60,780 bases of DNA, filler included, from 6 parts of 6 records of this genome joined end to end with filler, not necessarily neighbours in it, one strand, 5' to 3'. Positions 10,005-21,168 are shown, counted from the whole stretch's first letter. Notes: generated by a model from the sequence alone, not told the origin. A program made the numbers and translations.

Positions 10005-11936
10005 TTATTTATCGTCGTCTACGACTTCGTAGTCCGCATCTTCCGCATCGGTTTCAGCGGGCTTGGGCTCGGAAGCATCGGCTCCGGGGGCGGCTCCGCC
10101 CATGTCGGGACCGGGCTGTCCGCCCTGCTCGGCGGCCTGGGCCTTGTACATCTCTTCGGCCAGTTTGTAGGAAGCCTGTTTCAGCTCCTCGTTCTTGGCC
10201 TTGATGGCTTCCACGTCATCGGTCTTGATAACCTCTTTAAGAGCCTCGAGAGCCGCTTCGATCTTGGCCTTGTCGTCGGCTCCTACCTTGTCTCCGAAAT
10301 CCTTCAGAGACTTTTCGGTAGAGTAGATCAGGTTGTCGGCCTCGTTCATGGCCTCGGCCTTCTCTTTGACGGCCTTGTCGGCTTCGGCGTTCATCTCGGC
10401 GTCCTTGACCATCTTGTCAATCTCATCCTCGCTCAGACCGGAGGAGGACTCGATCCGGATCTTCTGCTCCTTACCGGTTCCCAGATCTTTCGCAGATACG
10501 TGTACGATACCGTTCGCATCAATATCGAAGGTTACCTCGATCTGGGGAACGCCTCTAGGCGCGGGGGGAATTCCGACCAGGTCGAACTTACCGAGGGTTC
10601 TGTTCTGAGAGGCCATCTCGCGCTCTCCCTGAAGGACGTGGATGGAAACGGCGTTCTGGTTGTCCGCCGCCGTGGAGAACACCTGACTCTTCTTGGTGGG
10701 GATGGTCGTGTTCCGCTCGATCAGCTTTGTGGAAACGCCGCCCAGGGTTTCGATACCCAGCGACAGGGGGGTGACGTCCAGGAGGAGGATGTCGTTTACA
10801 TCCCCGCCCAGCACACCGCCCTGGATGGCGGCACCCATGGCAACGACCTCATCGGGGTTAACACCCTTATGGGGATCCTGCTGGAACAGCTCCTTTACGA
10901 TAGTCTGCACGGCGGGGATCCTCGTGGAACCTCCGACCAGGATGACCTCATCGATCTCGGAAGCGCTGTATCCGGCGTCCTTGAGAGCCTTCTGGCAGGG
11001 GATCTTTGTCCGCTCAACCAGATCAGCGGTCATCTGCTCGAACTTGGCCCGGGTCAGGTTGTACTGCAGGTGCTTGGGACCTGTGGCATCGGCTGTTATA
11101 AAGGGCAGGTTGATATCTGTGGTCTGAGTGGAAGACAGCTCCTTCTTGGCCTTTTCAGCGCCCTCTTTCAGTCTCTGCAGAGCCATCTTGTCCTGGGACA
11201 GGTCTATGCCCTGGTCGGACTTGAAGTTCTCTACCAGCCACTCGATGATCTTCTGGTCAAAATTGTCACCGCCCAGGTGGGTATCGCCGTTGGTGGAGCG
11301 CACCTCAAACACGCCTTCGGCCATATCGAGGATGGAGATGTCGAAGGTCCCTCCGCCCAGGTCGTAAACGGCGATCTTCTGCTCCTTGTTCTCCTTACCG
11401 AATCCGTAGGAGAGAGCGGCCGCGGTGGGCTCGTTCACAATACGCTTAACATCCAGGCCGGCGATCTTACCGGCGTCCTTGGTAGCCTGTCTCTGAGCGT
11501 CATTGAAGTAAGCGGGTACGGTAACAACCGCCTCGCTAACGGATTCGCCCAGATAGTCTTCGGCAGTCTTTCTCATCTTCTGAAGGATGGCAGCGGAAAT
11601 CTCGGGGGGAGACTGATGCTTACCCTTCACGTCCACACGGGCGTCGCCGTTGGGCCCCTTCGTAACGTTATAGGGAATCATGTGGAGCTCTTCGCCCACC
11701 TCGCCGAACTGGCGTCCCATAAATCTTTTAATGGAGAAGATCGTGTTCTCCGGGTTGGTAACCATCTGGTTTTTGGCGGGCTGTCCCACCAGCCTTTCGT
11801 CTTTGTCCGTATAGGCTACCATGGAGGGTGTGGTTCTCTGTCCCTCTTCGTTCTGAATGACGACGGGTTCTCCCCCTTCCATAACAGCGACACAAGAGTT
11901 GGTCGTACCAAGGTCAATACCGATAATCCGTCCCAT
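10005..11936 (-). CDS. dnaK: Chaperone DnaK (Hsp70)
   Basis: [40 protein letters not shown]. Confidence 0.99.
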   Translation of the reverse strand: MGRIIGIDLGTTNSCVAVMEGGEPVVIQNEEGQRTTPSMVAYTDKDERLVGQPAKNQMVTNPENTIFSIKRFMGRQFGEVGEELHMIPYNVTKGPNGDARVDVKGKHQSPPEISAAILQKMRKTAEDYLGESVSEAVVTVPAYFNDAQRQATKDAGKIAGLDVKRIVNEPTAAALSYGFGKENKEQKIAVYDLGGGTFDISILDMAEGVFEVRSTNGDTHLGGDNFDQKIIEWLVENFKSDQGIDLSQDKMALQRLKEGAEKAKKELSSTQTTDINLPFITADATGPKHLQYNLTRAKFEQMTADLVERTKIPCQKALKDAGYSASEIDEVILVGGSTRIPAVQTIVKELFQQDPHKGVNPDEVVAMGAAIQGGVLGGDVNDILLLDVTPLSLGIETLGGVSTKLIERNTTIPTKKSQVFSTAADNQNAVSIHVLQGEREMASQNRTLGKFDLVGIPPAPRGVPQIEVTFDIDANGIVHVSAKDLGTGKEQKIRIESSSGLSEDEIDKMVKDAEMNAEADKAVKEKAEAMNEADNLIYSTEKSLKDFGDKVGADDKAKIEAALEALKEVIKTDDVEAIKAKNEELKQASYKLAEEMYKAQAAEQGGQPGPDMGGAAPGADASEPKPAETDAEDADYEVVDDDK

Positions 11937-11984
11937 AAATGTATCTCCTAAAAACTTAATACTTTGTTTTAATCTTTATTGGAA

Positions 11985-12638
11985 TCAGCCCTGGGCTGCT
12001 TCCCCTTCTTTCTTCTCCGCGGCTTCAGCAGCCTGAGGATCGCTGAGTGCGGAGGGCTTCCCCACCTTAACCTTAGCGGGCCTCAGAACCCGGTCGTGCA
12101 GAGTATAACCGGCCTGAAAGTCCTCGAGCACCGTGGGCACTTCGACCTCAGCGCTCTCTTCCATCATCAGGGCTTCATGAGAGTTGGGATCGTATTCTAC
12201 TCCCGTGCAGGCCATCTTCTTCAGGCCCCACTTGCTCTCCAGCATACCGGTAAACTGCTGCTCGATCATGCTGATTCCGTCTCTGAAGGAGCTGAAGTCC
12301 TGCGAATCCTGAGCCGACTTGATGGCTCTGTCGAAGTTGTCGATCACCTCGATGAGATCCTTCAGCAACTCCTGGTTCCCGTACTTGACGGAATCGGCCT
12401 TTTCACGGGCCATCCTTTTTCTATAGTTCTCAAAATCAGCGTGCTTCCTCAGGTACTGATCCTTGAGCTCGCTGTTCTCCTGCTTCAGAGCGTCCAGATT
12501 CTCTTGAAATTCATCCTGAGCTTCCGCCTCTTCCGCAACCTGCCCGGGGTTCTCACTCTGCTCCTCAGCCGTCTCCTCGACGGGGGAGTTTTCCTCAAGA
12601 ACCTCGTCCTGCAGATCATCATTCTCTTTATTTGCCAC
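11985..12638 (-). CDS. grpE: Nucleotide exchange factor GrpE
   Basis: YLRKHADFENYRKR, YDPNSHEA, GYTLHDRVLRPAKVKV; likely GTG start at 12638 after GGAAGG; directly upstream of dnaK. Confidence 0.96.
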   Translation of the reverse strand: MANKENDDLQDEVLEENSPVEETAEEQSENPGQVAEEAEAQDEFQENLDALKQENSELKDQYLRKHADFENYRKRMAREKADSVKYGNQELLKDLIEVIDNFDRAIKSAQDSQDFSSFRDGISMIEQQFTGMLESKWGLKKMACTGVEYDPNSHEALMMEESAEVEVPTVLEDFQAGYTLHDRVLRPAKVKVGKPSALSDPQAAEAAEKKEGEAAQG

Positions 12639-12849
12639 TACAACCTTCCAGTCTCGCGCTGTGCGTTCGTATTTCCTGCATAAAAAATAATAAAAACGGG
12701 GAAATAAGGTCAAGAAAAACTACAAAGAAATCCGCCATAACTGCAAGCGATATTTAAAATAATGGGGAAAATGAGCTGAGATTCCTATTGTGTTTTTTTC
12801 TTGAGCTTGGAAAAAGTTGATTGTTTTTATGATATAGAACTGCTACGAT

Positions 12850-13164
12850 GTGATCCTGATGATAAGAAATGTATATCTGAACGGAAAGATAAAAACCCTC
12901 TTCGTAATGGAAGAAGAGCCTGGTATTGAATATACACACCCCCTCGTAGAGGCACTCAAGGAGCAGGCCGAAAGGATCGAGCTTCTGGAGAAGCAGAACC
13001 GCGAACTGATGAAGCAGGAGAAGATCCTTCTCAACCTTCTGGAGATGTCCGCGACCTCCGGCGATATCATGGCAAGAAGCCTCAAGGTTCTGCAGAATAT
13101 GGAGGAAGGATCTCTGGAGCCCCTGGCTACAGAATACGCCGAAGACCAGCTTCTAGAGGATTAA
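12850..13164 (+). CDS. Small hypothetical coiled-coil protein (start may be ATG near 12907)
   Basis: Host-like codon usage and heptad-like LKEQAERIELLEKQNRELMKQ; divergent from grpE. Confidence 0.55.
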   Translation: MILMIRNVYLNGKIKTLFVMEEEPGIEYTHPLVEALKEQAERIELLEKQNRELMKQEKILLNLLEMSATSGDIMARSLKVLQNMEEGSLEPLATEYAEDQLLED

Positions 13165-13236
13165 TAATCCTCACACCCAAGTCCGTTATCCTTTTACAGG
13201 TTCCATGTCAGGAAACCCTTCCCCCTCTATCTGGTC

Positions 13237-14046
13237 TCAATGGAAGCTCAGGAAATTCAGGGTCTGCTCGGTCAGGATAAGCGTCCCGGGCTCCCGGTTG
13301 ACCCACCTCCTGTAGGGCATGCCGAAAAAATCTTCAAAGAGCCTGTCCAGACCCGGAATTCCGGCGATACCGCAGCTCCTGGCCAAACCGTCCAATCCCG
13401 ATTCGTCGGGGATGGGGTCCTGCCTGTCCAGGGATTCGAAGAAACGTATCATCCTCAGATGGAGCATCCACGTACCCGGATCAAGTTCGGTCTCCCTCTT
13501 GAAGGATTCCGCCAGCAGATCCCTGTCCTGCTTTAGGGCACGGGCGGCCTCCTCCATACTCAAGTCTTTCAGGGCGTCGTCCCTGACCAGCGAGAAAAGG
13601 GTTTGGGCCGTCTCCAGTCCAGGCCTGGGAAAGGCCCTTTTTGCCGTAAACACATAGACAAAGCTCTCAAACAGCCCCCGTACATCTTCAAGGCTCATAG
13701 GCCGTGCCGCCGACTGCTCCGTTCTGATCCGGGCGGGATTCTCATCCTGAGAGAGTATCGATACGGAAGCCCCTTTCAGGATGTCCTCTTTCAGGATCCT
13801 GCCGGGATGGGAATCGGGATAGATGAAATAGCAGATCTGCCAGTCATCCTCTCCGCTGATAAAATGGTCGACTCCGCTGTCGATAAGGCAGAGCCGAACG
13901 GGCTCCCACTTCCCCTGGAGGCGGATTTTAAAGGGCTTGTTAACACCATAGATAAGCTGCAGGGAGCGATGGGTCCTCACCTTTCCGTCATTCAGAGGGC
14001 CCACCTCGGCCAGCATCTCATGAAAAATGTAACCGTGCCTGAACAA
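13237..14046 (-). CDS. AraC-like transcriptional regulator (divergent)
   Basis: N-terminal cupin-like HRSLQL...IDSGVDH; C-terminal SMEEAARAL...LAESFKRETEL and LARSCG...LDRLFEDFFGMP double-HTH pattern. Confidence 0.6.
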   Translation of the reverse strand: MFRHGYIFHEMLAEVGPLNDGKVRTHRSLQLIYGVNKPFKIRLQGKWEPVRLCLIDSGVDHFISGEDDWQICYFIYPDSHPGRILKEDILKGASVSILSQDENPARIRTEQSAARPMSLEDVRGLFESFVYVFTAKRAFPRPGLETAQTLFSLVRDDALKDLSMEEAARALKQDRDLLAESFKRETELDPGTWMLHLRMIRFFESLDRQDPIPDESGLDGLARSCGIAGIPGLDRLFEDFFGMPYRRWVNREPGTLILTEQTLNFLSFH

Positions 14047-14049
14047 ATG

Positions 14050-17000
14050 CTAGCTCCTGGGAGTGATTTCCAGAATAAGCTCGACCTCGCCCTGGCTCAG
14101 CTTGGTGGTCCTGGCGATGGCCTCCGTATCCCAGCCCTGACGGGCGAGGCGGAGCACCATATTTCGCGTATCCATGTCGGGGGATCCGGCGCTGCGGCTC
14201 CCGCCGCCGTCACGGTTGGCCAGGCGTCCGAGGAGCTTGACCTGATCCTGGGCCTGCTTCGCCATACCGTCCATGCGGGTCTCGGTCTTGGCGATCCACT
14301 CCCTGGCCTTATCCACCTTTTCGGTACGCAGATCGAGGTCTTCCAGAACCTCCTGAAGGGAGGCGATCCGGGCGAAGACATGATCGGCCGTATCCTTGTT
14401 CTCCAACAGGAATTTGTTCCTCTGTTCGATATCGCGCAGCCTGCCGCTCAAGGGCTCCAGCTCTCCCTTCATGTTCTGCAGGAGACCGCCCAGCTGCTCC
14501 ACCTTGGCAGAGAATTCTTCCACCCTGCCGACCGAGCCGTCCACATGAGCCGCCTTTCCTTCGAGGGCGGCGAAACGGGAATCCAGAACATGATGCTGAT
14601 CCTCCATCTCCTTCACGCGGCTCTGATACTGCTGCAGCATATCGTGAAGGGAACTGATCTGATCCAGCTTGAGATCGACCGAGCGGGAAAGGGTAACCAT
14701 GCTGTTGATCCGCTCTTCCAGCTCTTCCACCTTCTGCTTCTCATCCATAAAACGGTTGATCTGATCCAGGATGCCCTGGTACTGATTCTGTATCTGCTCG
14801 AAACCGGACTGGTACTCCTTCAGGCGATCCATATTGGAATCCACCTTCTGAAGATCGCCTTTCAGCTCCAATATATTCCTGGACAGGTTTTCCTTCAGCC
14901 GGTCCGCCTTATCGAATATATGGGTCTGAGCGATGAAATCCTGCTGCTTCTTCTCTATCTCTTCAATGGTTACGGTCAGATGACGGGTATCCTCTTCCAC
15001 CCGCGCCACCAGTTTCTTCTGATAGCTGTCCATCTTTTCACGGGCCTCTCCGATCCCCTGACGCATCTCGCGAATCTTGAGATCAGCATCGTTCTGAGAC
15101 TCCCTCAGCTTCTTCTGGAAATCCAGCATAAAGAGGTTGTAATCGCTGTTGAAGCGTTCCAGGGTCGCGTCGGTCTTATCCTTCAGCTCGCTCTGAAGCT
15201 GATAGACCTTCTCGCCCATGGAGGAAAGCTCCTTCTTCAGATCGGCCCGCTCTTCGTTGCTCGAGAGTATGAGCTCTTCCTTCTGGGACTTGAAATCGTC
15301 TCTCAGCTCGTTGAGGTCCGAGCTGACGGCGCTCTTGAACTCATCGTAACGTTCCCGGATCCCGGCCTCTTCATCCTTTATCTGCTCAAGCATCTTCTGC
15401 TGCCAGGCGCTCATATCGCTCTGAACCGTCTCGCTGCGGGCGCTCAAATCCCTTCTGCTCTGATCCAGATCGCTTACCAGCAGCTCCATCTTCTGGGCCA
15501 GGTCTCTTTCGGACACGCTGACCCGCTCGTTCATACCTGTGGAAAGCCTCTCCAGCTCGCGGTTCATAAAGTCCATGGACTCGTCTCTGAGCGCGCTGAT
15601 GGAGTTCTGAAGGTCCTCACGATAGCTGCGGACCTGATTGCTCCCTTCCTCTACGCGCCCGTCCAGATTCTCCCGGAACTCCTCGACCTGACTGCGGAAC
15701 TTATCAAACTGCTGACTCGTCCTGGTCTGCAGCTCACCCAGGCGCTTGTTCAGATCCGCCGAGTAACTCCTTTCCAGCTCGTCCCTGTCCCGGGACTGCT
15801 GGTCGGTCATCTCCGCGATCTGCCTCTCAAGCTTGTCCTGCCACTCCCTCAGAGAGTTCTGTATACCGTCGTCCCGCTTCTTGAGATCAGCAAAGAAGTC
15901 ATCCTCGAAGACCTGCAGCTGCTCCGAAACATTGTCATAGGCCCGGCTTTTCAGTTCATCCAGACCGCGTTCCAGCTCCTTGACGGCGCTGCGAATCCTT
16001 TCGGCCCGGTCTTCGGTAACCCGCTCTTCCTCCGAACGGAGGGACTGCATCTCATGATCGAACTTTTCGAATTCTCCCAGGACCCTCTCGCTGACCTCTT
16101 TCATACTCATGCGGAGAGACTCTTCCAGGGCGTCCATATCAGACATAAATCCTTCCAGCTTCTGGAAGCGGGGGAAGAAACCGCTTTCGTAGTCCTTGAG
16201 TTTCTTCTCAATGGCCTTGAGGGCTTCGATCTGAAGGGTTTCAGCCGTATCTTCTATCCTGGAGGTGAAACGGGAGGAGAATTCCTCCAGCCGGGAATCG
16301 ATCTCTCCCTTATGGGCCTCCAGACGGCCGGAGAGTCGCTCCAGCTCCTGATTGACCTCATCCTTCTGACGGGTCATACCCGAACGGGTGGAGCTGAAGT
16401 CCTGGAGCATGGTTTCCAGCTCCTCCTTCATGGAGCCGAGGGTCTTCTGCTGCTCTCCCGTGGCTGCGGCCAGATCAGCATTGAAACGGTTCATTTCCTC
16501 TTCGGAGCGGCCCTTCCAGGCCCTGTGGTCTTCATCCAGCCTTTCCATGCCGCCGCTCATCTCTTCGCTGAGATCCTGGAAGCGCCTTTCCAGACGCTGA
16601 GACTCTGCGGTCCATCCTGAGGTGAGGGTTTCGCTATGGGAGGAGAGAAGCTCCTTCAGCTGCAGGAAGGCATCCGATTCAAGGGCGACGCCCTCTGATG
16701 CGACCTTCTCCAGACGGGCCATATAGTTCTCCTCTACAGCCGTCCACTGGGCGGTGAAGGCCTCCAACCTCTCTCTGGCGATCCTGTCCCGGCTCTCCAT
16801 AAGGGATTCCACGTGTTCCCGGAAACCGGCCAGACGCTCGCCCGCCTCTTCGAGAGACTCCACATGACTCCGGTAGACTCCGGACATCTCGGTATTGAAG
16901 GACTCTCTCAGAGCCTGGAGACCCTTCGCGTTTTCATTGCGGAAGGCCTCATGGAGGGAGCCCATACCGCTCTTGAGCTCTTCGGATTTTTTCAGTAATT

Positions 17001-17412
17001 CATTCAGACGAACGCCCACGGAGTCCACATACTCCGATTCCTTACGGATGCGTCCGAGGTTTTCATCCACATTGCGGGTCAGGAGATCCAGCTCCTCAAG
17101 ACGCCCGGTAACCTGATCCAGGCGGGTACGAAAGCCATCCATATCCTCAGATCGGGACAGAGACTCCTCGTTGGCCTGCTGGATCCTCTTCAGGATCTCC
17201 CGGTTGGTCTTCTCCTGAACCTCAATATCAATATTCAGATCGTGAATCTGGGTCTTCTTATCCTGTACAAGCCGGTCCAGCTCTTCCTTCACCTTGTCCG
17301 CATACTTCCGGACCTTCTCCAGGGAGCGGTTGTTTTTATCAAACTGTCTGTTAAGAAAAAGAACGAGTATAACGATGGCAAGGACGATAAGATCGCCGGC
17401 ATTAAAGAGCAT
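14050..17412 (-). CDS. Spirochaete membrane-anchored long coiled-coil protein (SpiroCoCo-like) with C-terminal HTH-like domain
   Basis: N-terminal TM followed by RQFDKNNRSLEKVRKY, about 1000 aa of E/K/R/L heptads, and C-terminal LARQGWDTEAIARTTKLSQGEVELILE. Confidence 0.8.
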   Translation of the reverse strand: MLFNAGDLIVLAIVILVLFLNRQFDKNNRSLEKVRKYADKVKEELDRLVQDKKTQIHDLNIDIEVQEKTNREILKRIQQANEESLSRSEDMDGFRTRLDQVTGRLEELDLLTRNVDENLGRIRKESEYVDSVGVRLNELLKKSEELKSGMGSLHEAFRNENAKGLQALRESFNTEMSGVYRSHVESLEEAGERLAGFREHVESLMESRDRIARERLEAFTAQWTAVEENYMARLEKVASEGVALESDAFLQLKELLSSHSETLTSGWTAESQRLERRFQDLSEEMSGGMERLDEDHRAWKGRSEEEMNRFNADLAAATGEQQKTLGSMKEELETMLQDFSSTRSGMTRQKDEVNQELERLSGRLEAHKGEIDSRLEEFSSRFTSRIEDTAETLQIEALKAIEKKLKDYESGFFPRFQKLEGFMSDMDALEESLRMSMKEVSERVLGEFEKFDHEMQSLRSEEERVTEDRAERIRSAVKELERGLDELKSRAYDNVSEQLQVFEDDFFADLKKRDDGIQNSLREWQDKLERQIAEMTDQQSRDRDELERSYSADLNKRLGELQTRTSQQFDKFRSQVEEFRENLDGRVEEGSNQVRSYREDLQNSISALRDESMDFMNRELERLSTGMNERVSVSERDLAQKMELLVSDLDQSRRDLSARSETVQSDMSAWQQKMLEQIKDEEAGIRERYDEFKSAVSSDLNELRDDFKSQKEELILSSNEERADLKKELSSMGEKVYQLQSELKDKTDATLERFNSDYNLFMLDFQKKLRESQNDADLKIREMRQGIGEAREKMDSYQKKLVARVEEDTRHLTVTIEEIEKKQQDFIAQTHIFDKADRLKENLSRNILELKGDLQKVDSNMDRLKEYQSGFEQIQNQYQGILDQINRFMDEKQKVEELEERINSMVTLSRSVDLKLDQISSLHDMLQQYQSRVKEMEDQHHVLDSRFAALEGKAAHVDGSVGRVEEFSAKVEQLGGLLQNMKGELEPLSGRLRDIEQRNKFLLENKDTADHVFARIASLQEVLEDLDLRTEKVDKAREWIAKTETRMDGMAKQAQDQVKLLGRLANRDGGGSRSAGSPDMDTRNMVLRLARQGWDTEAIARTTKLSQGEVELILEITPRS

Positions 17413-17415
17413 GGA

Positions 17416-17730
17416 CTACCCCTCTCTCAGAAGGAATTCGATTTTCCGCACAAAGTTTTTATAGTTGCTGATGGACAGATCCGCCTCGGGAACTCCTTTG
17501 CTCCGCCTGTGAATATAGACGGTCTTCATCCCCGCCGCAGCGGCGCCTTTCATATCGTACTCATGGCTGTTGCCCACATAAAGGACCTCCTCGGGAGCGC
17601 AACCCAGCTTCTCCGCCAGGGTGAGAAAGGGAGCCTTGTGGGGTTTGAGATATCCCGTGTCCTCGCTGGACATGCTCACGTCCCAGTGACCGTCCACACG
17701 AAAGTAGTTCAGCTTGTTTCCCACGGGAAA
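17416..17730 (-). CDS. HAD-superfamily hydrolase, C-terminal part (truncated)
   Basis: LKPHKAPF (motif III) and YVGNSHEYDMKGAAAAGM (motif IV). Confidence 0.85.
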   Translation of the reverse strand, partial: FPVGNKLNYFRVDGHWDVSMSSEDTGYLKPHKAPFLTLAEKLGCAPEEVLYVGNSHEYDMKGAAAAGMKTVYIHRRSKGVPEADLSISNYKNFVRKIEFLLREG

Positions 17731-17830
17731 NNNNNNNNNNNNNNNNNNNNNNNNNNNNNNNNNNNNNNNNNNNNTTAATTAATTAANNNNNNNNNNNNNN
17801 NNNNNNNNNNNNNNNNNNNNNNNNNNNNNN
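17731..17830. other. Artificial contig spacer
   Basis: N run containing TTAATTAATTAA. Confidence 0.98.
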
Positions 17831-18242
17831 GACGGTCCAGGCCCAGATCCTGGATCTCATCAAGTCCCTGCAAAAGGAGTTGGCCATGGCCGTGATCCTT
17901 ATCACCCACGACCTTGGGGTCATTGCGGAGAACTGCGACCATGCCGTGGTGATGTACGGCGGCCAGGTGGCGGAGACGGCGCCGGTCCGGGAGCTGTTCA
18001 GCACCCCCCGCCATCCTTACACCCAGGGGCTGTTGAGTTCCATCCCCGGGCTTTCGGCAACGCCCAAGAGCGTGCTGCCCACCATCCGGGGCATGGTGCC
18101 TTCCCTGGAGGACATGCCCGACGGGTGCCGGTTCAGCACCCGCTGTCCCGCCGCGTTCGCGCCCTGCAATCTTGCTCCTCCCCAAAAACGCAGGCAGGGT
18201 GCCGGGCATTTTGCCGCCTGTTACGATCTGGAGGAGAAATGA
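17831..18242 (+). CDS. oppD: Oligopeptide/dipeptide ABC transporter ATP-binding subunit (OppD/DppD-like), C-terminal part
   Basis: TVQAQILDL, LITHDLGV, VMYGGQVAE, PRHPYTQGLL, GCRFSTRCP. Confidence 0.88.
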
Positions 18243-19210
18243 TGGAACCCATACTGTCGGTCAATAATTTGAAAAAGTACTTCCCGGTTTACGGCGGTAT
18301 CTTCCTTCGGCGCAGGGGATGGGTCTATGCCGTGGATGATGTGAGCTTTGATGTGTTTCCCGGGGAGACCCTGGGCCTTGTGGGGGAGTCCGGCTGCGGC
18401 AAGACCACCCTTGGCCGGTGCATCATGGGACTTTACGCTTCCACCGCGGGCAACATACGGTTCCAGGGACACAACCTGGACAAGCGGAACCGGGGACAGC
18501 TCAAGGCCATGCGCCTCAAGATGCAGATGATCTTCCAGGATCCCTTTGAATCGTTGAACTCACGGCACACGGTGCGGGAGATCCTGGAGGAGAAGTACCG
18601 GATCCACCGGGTCGGGAACAAGGACCTTGACAAGCAGCTGGCCTCCCTGCTTAAAACCGTGGGCCTGAGTCCCAGGGCCCTGACACGGTTTCCCCACGAG
18701 TTCTCCGGCGGCCAGCGCCAGCGGATCGGCATTGCCCGGGCCATCAGCCTGGAACCCGACCTGATCGTGTGTGACGAGCCGGTGTCGGCCCTGGATGTGT
18801 CGGTCCAGTCCCAGATCCTCAACCTGCTGCTGACCCTCCAGAAGGATATGGGGCTCACCTTTCTCTTCATCTCCCATGACCTTTCCGTGGTGAGGCATGT
18901 GTCCGACCGCATTGCCGTCATGTACCTGGGCAGGATCGTTGAGATGGCCGACCGGGACGATCTCTTTGCCTCTCCGTCCCACCCCTATACCCAGGCGCTT
19001 CTTTCCGCCATTCCCATTGCCGATCCCACTGTTCAAAAGCAGCGGATCATCCTTGAGGGCGAGATTCCCTCGCCTGAAAATCCGCCCCCGGGATGCCGGT
19101 TCCACACCCGCTGTCCCAGCGCCATGGCGGTGTGCCGGCGGGAGGAGCCCGTGTTCAAGCCGATTAACGGTGAGGACGGCACCCATTTAGCCGCCTGTCA
19201 CCTGCTGTGA
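18239..19210 (+). CDS. oppF: Oligopeptide/dipeptide ABC transporter ATP-binding subunit (OppF/DppF-like)
   Basis: GESGCGKTT Walker [10 protein letters not shown] signature, [16 protein letters not shown] overlaps the upstream stop after GGAG. Confidence 0.92.
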   Translation: MMEPILSVNNLKKYFPVYGGIFLRRRGWVYAVDDVSFDVFPGETLGLVGESGCGKTTLGRCIMGLYASTAGNIRFQGHNLDKRNRGQLKAMRLKMQMIFQDPFESLNSRHTVREILEEKYRIHRVGNKDLDKQLASLLKTVGLSPRALTRFPHEFSGGQRQRIGIARAISLEPDLIVCDEPVSALDVSVQSQILNLLLTLQKDMGLTFLFISHDLSVVRHVSDRIAVMYLGRIVEMADRDDLFASPSHPYTQALLSAIPIADPTVQKQRIILEGEIPSPENPPPGCRFHTRCPSAMAVCRREEPVFKPINGEDGTHLAACHLL

Positions 19211-19375
19211 CGGGCCACGGGCAAATCAAAAAAGGAATTTAAAGTTGCCGGGAATGTTGGTATGGTAGGGGATAACCCGATTATCCATAGACCTTTGCAT
19301 TCGAATGGATCTCTTATCTTCAATAAGAATGGCTCTATTCATTTGCGAGGGGCTATAAAGCCATTGGATGTGCTT

Positions 19376-20197
19376 ATGATTAAAAAAATAATTTCAGGCG
19401 GCCAGACTGGTGCTGACCGGGCAGCCCTTGACACGGCCATCAAATTCAACATCGACCATGGCGGATGGGTGCCCCAGGGCCGCCTGGCCGAGGACGGCGT
19501 GATTCCCGACCGTTATCAGGTGCAGGAGATGCCCACGGACAGCTATCCGAAACGCACGGAACAGAACGTCAAGGGGGCCCACGGCACCCTGATCGTTTCC
19601 CGGGGGCCCCTGACCGGCGGGTCCCTCCTGACCCAGAAGCTTACCGCCCGTTTTAGAAAACCCTGCTGCCATATCGACCTTGTCACCATCGACGAATTCG
19701 AGGCCGCCATTGTTCTCAATTCCTTTATTACGGACTACAATGTCAAGGTCTTGAACGTGGCAGGCCCCCGGGCCAGCAAAGACCCCGGCATCTACCGGGA
19801 TGTAAAGGCGGTCCTGGAGACGGTGATCTATATGCAGCTCATGGAGACCGGGCCGGAAGAGCTCAAGGGGGAGGAGTTCATCCTGCTTGAGCGGAAATCC
19901 TCTTCCGTTGTCAGGACCATGGAGGATGCCGTGGCGTTCCTGGTCAAGGACCTGAATCTTCGGACCCGCTGCCTGATTGCCAATTCACCGGATTCCCGCA
20001 TCGCCTCCCTCTACTTCTCCATGGCGGACTACCTGAAGGTCAAGCTGGGGCTGGATGCCGGCAACACGGAACTTGTCGTGGAATGCTCCAAGTCAGAGGG
20101 CAAGGAGAGTCTTGATGTGGAAGATGCGGCCATGGTCATTCTCAAGCGGTTGAAGAAGCGCCTGGAACAGGACCATGTGCTGAAGGTTGTGAGATGA
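19376..20197 (+). CDS. Putative molybdenum-carrier (SLOG/YpsA-like) protein with a C-terminal extension
   Basis: KIISGGQTGADRAALD, HGGWVP, RTEQNV, LNVAGPRAS. Confidence 0.8.
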   Translation: MIKKIISGGQTGADRAALDTAIKFNIDHGGWVPQGRLAEDGVIPDRYQVQEMPTDSYPKRTEQNVKGAHGTLIVSRGPLTGGSLLTQKLTARFRKPCCHIDLVTIDEFEAAIVLNSFITDYNVKVLNVAGPRASKDPGIYRDVKAVLETVIYMQLMETGPEELKGEEFILLERKSSSVVRTMEDAVAFLVKDLNLRTRCLIANSPDSRIASLYFSMADYLKVKLGLDAGNTELVVECSKSEGKESLDVEDAAMVILKRLKKRLEQDHVLKVVR

Positions 20198-21168
20198 TTC
20201 CCATCCGGGACACAACGCCGTCCAGGACGGTTCCCGTTGTCACCTACGCCATCATGGGCATCAACACCCTTGTCTTCCTGGTGCAGATGGGGCTTGCCCC
20301 TGACGCGGCCAACCTGTTTGTCTACCAATACGGGCTGGTTCCGGCAAAGTACACCGTGCCCGAGGTGTCCGCCTGGTTTCCCCTGTCCAACCGTTTGTTC
20401 TCCGCCGGTTCCTACATGTTCCTCCATGGCGGGTTCTGGCATTTCATCGGCAATATGTGGTTCCTTTATATCTTTGGGGACAATGTGGAGGATCATCTGG
20501 GCTCCCCCCGGTTCCTGGGCTTTTATTTCTTGAGCGGGTTTGCCTCGGCGCTGCTTCATTTCATGATCAATCCCGTGTCAAGCGTTCCGACCATCGGGGC
20601 CAGCGGCGCCATTGCGGGCGTGATGGGGGCCTACTTCATCCTTTACCCAAGATCAAAGATCCTGACCCTGATTCCCATCATTTTCATCCCCTGGTTCATT
20701 GAAATCCCGGCCTTTCTCTTCCTGGGATTTTGGTTCATGATGCAGTTTTTTAACGCCGCCGGCAACGGCAGCTCCGCCATTGCCTGGTGGGCCCATGTGG
20801 GGGGATTCGTGGCCGGCATGGTCATGGTGAAGCTCAGCGGAAGGCTGCCCCGGTCCGGGGCCGGGGAAAAGCTCAAGACGGTGACGGCCCGGAAGCGGAC
20901 CCCGAAACTCCAGGTGATCCAAGCCCGGCCCGTGGGCCACACGCCGGATTTGATGGGCCAGATCGAGATATCCTCCCTGGAGGCCATCACGGGCACCCGG
21001 AAGATCGTCAACATCCCCTGGGGCTTTTACAAGCGCCTCTATCGGGTAAAGGTGCCTTCCGGGGTACGCCATGGCACCCGGCTGCGCCTTGCCGGCATGG
21101 GCAGAGGCCCTTCGGCTGAAAACCGGGGGGACATGTACCTGAGTGTCGTGATCAAAAATGCGATTTAG
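20194..21168 (+). CDS. Rhomboid intramembrane serine protease fused to a DnaJ C-terminal-like domain
   Basis: MIPIRD start, FLHGGFWHFIGNM, GASG catalytic Ser, AHVGGF catalytic His; tail ISSLEAITG...VKVPSGVRHGTRLRLAGMG...GDMYL. Confidence 0.88.
   Translation: MIPIRDTTPSRTVPVVTYAIMGINTLVFLVQMGLAPDAANLFVYQYGLVPAKYTVPEVSAWFPLSNRLFSAGSYMFLHGGFWHFIGNMWFLYIFGDNVEDHLGSPRFLGFYFLSGFASALLHFMINPVSSVPTIGASGAIAGVMGAYFILYPRSKILTLIPIIFIPWFIEIPAFLFLGFWFMMQFFNAAGNGSSAIAWWAHVGGFVAGMVMVKLSGRLPRSGAGEKLKTVTARKRTPKLQVIQARPVGHTPDLMGQIEISSLEAITGTRKIVNIPWGFYKRLYRVKVPSGVRHGTRLRLAGMGRGPSAENRGDMYLSVVIKNAI

Noticed and set aside
10500-11951. 483-aa plus-strand ORF
   Set aside because: Antisense shadow of dnaK, a well-known artefact of its codon usage.
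12640-12850. CIRCE element or hrcA upstream of grpE-dnaK-dnaJ
   Set aside because: No TTAGCACTC-N9-GAGTGCTAA found and no hrcA ORF present.
13603-16620. 1005-aa plus-strand ORF
   Set aside because: Antisense to the coiled-coil gene; Leu/Gln/His-rich mirror composition and no motifs.
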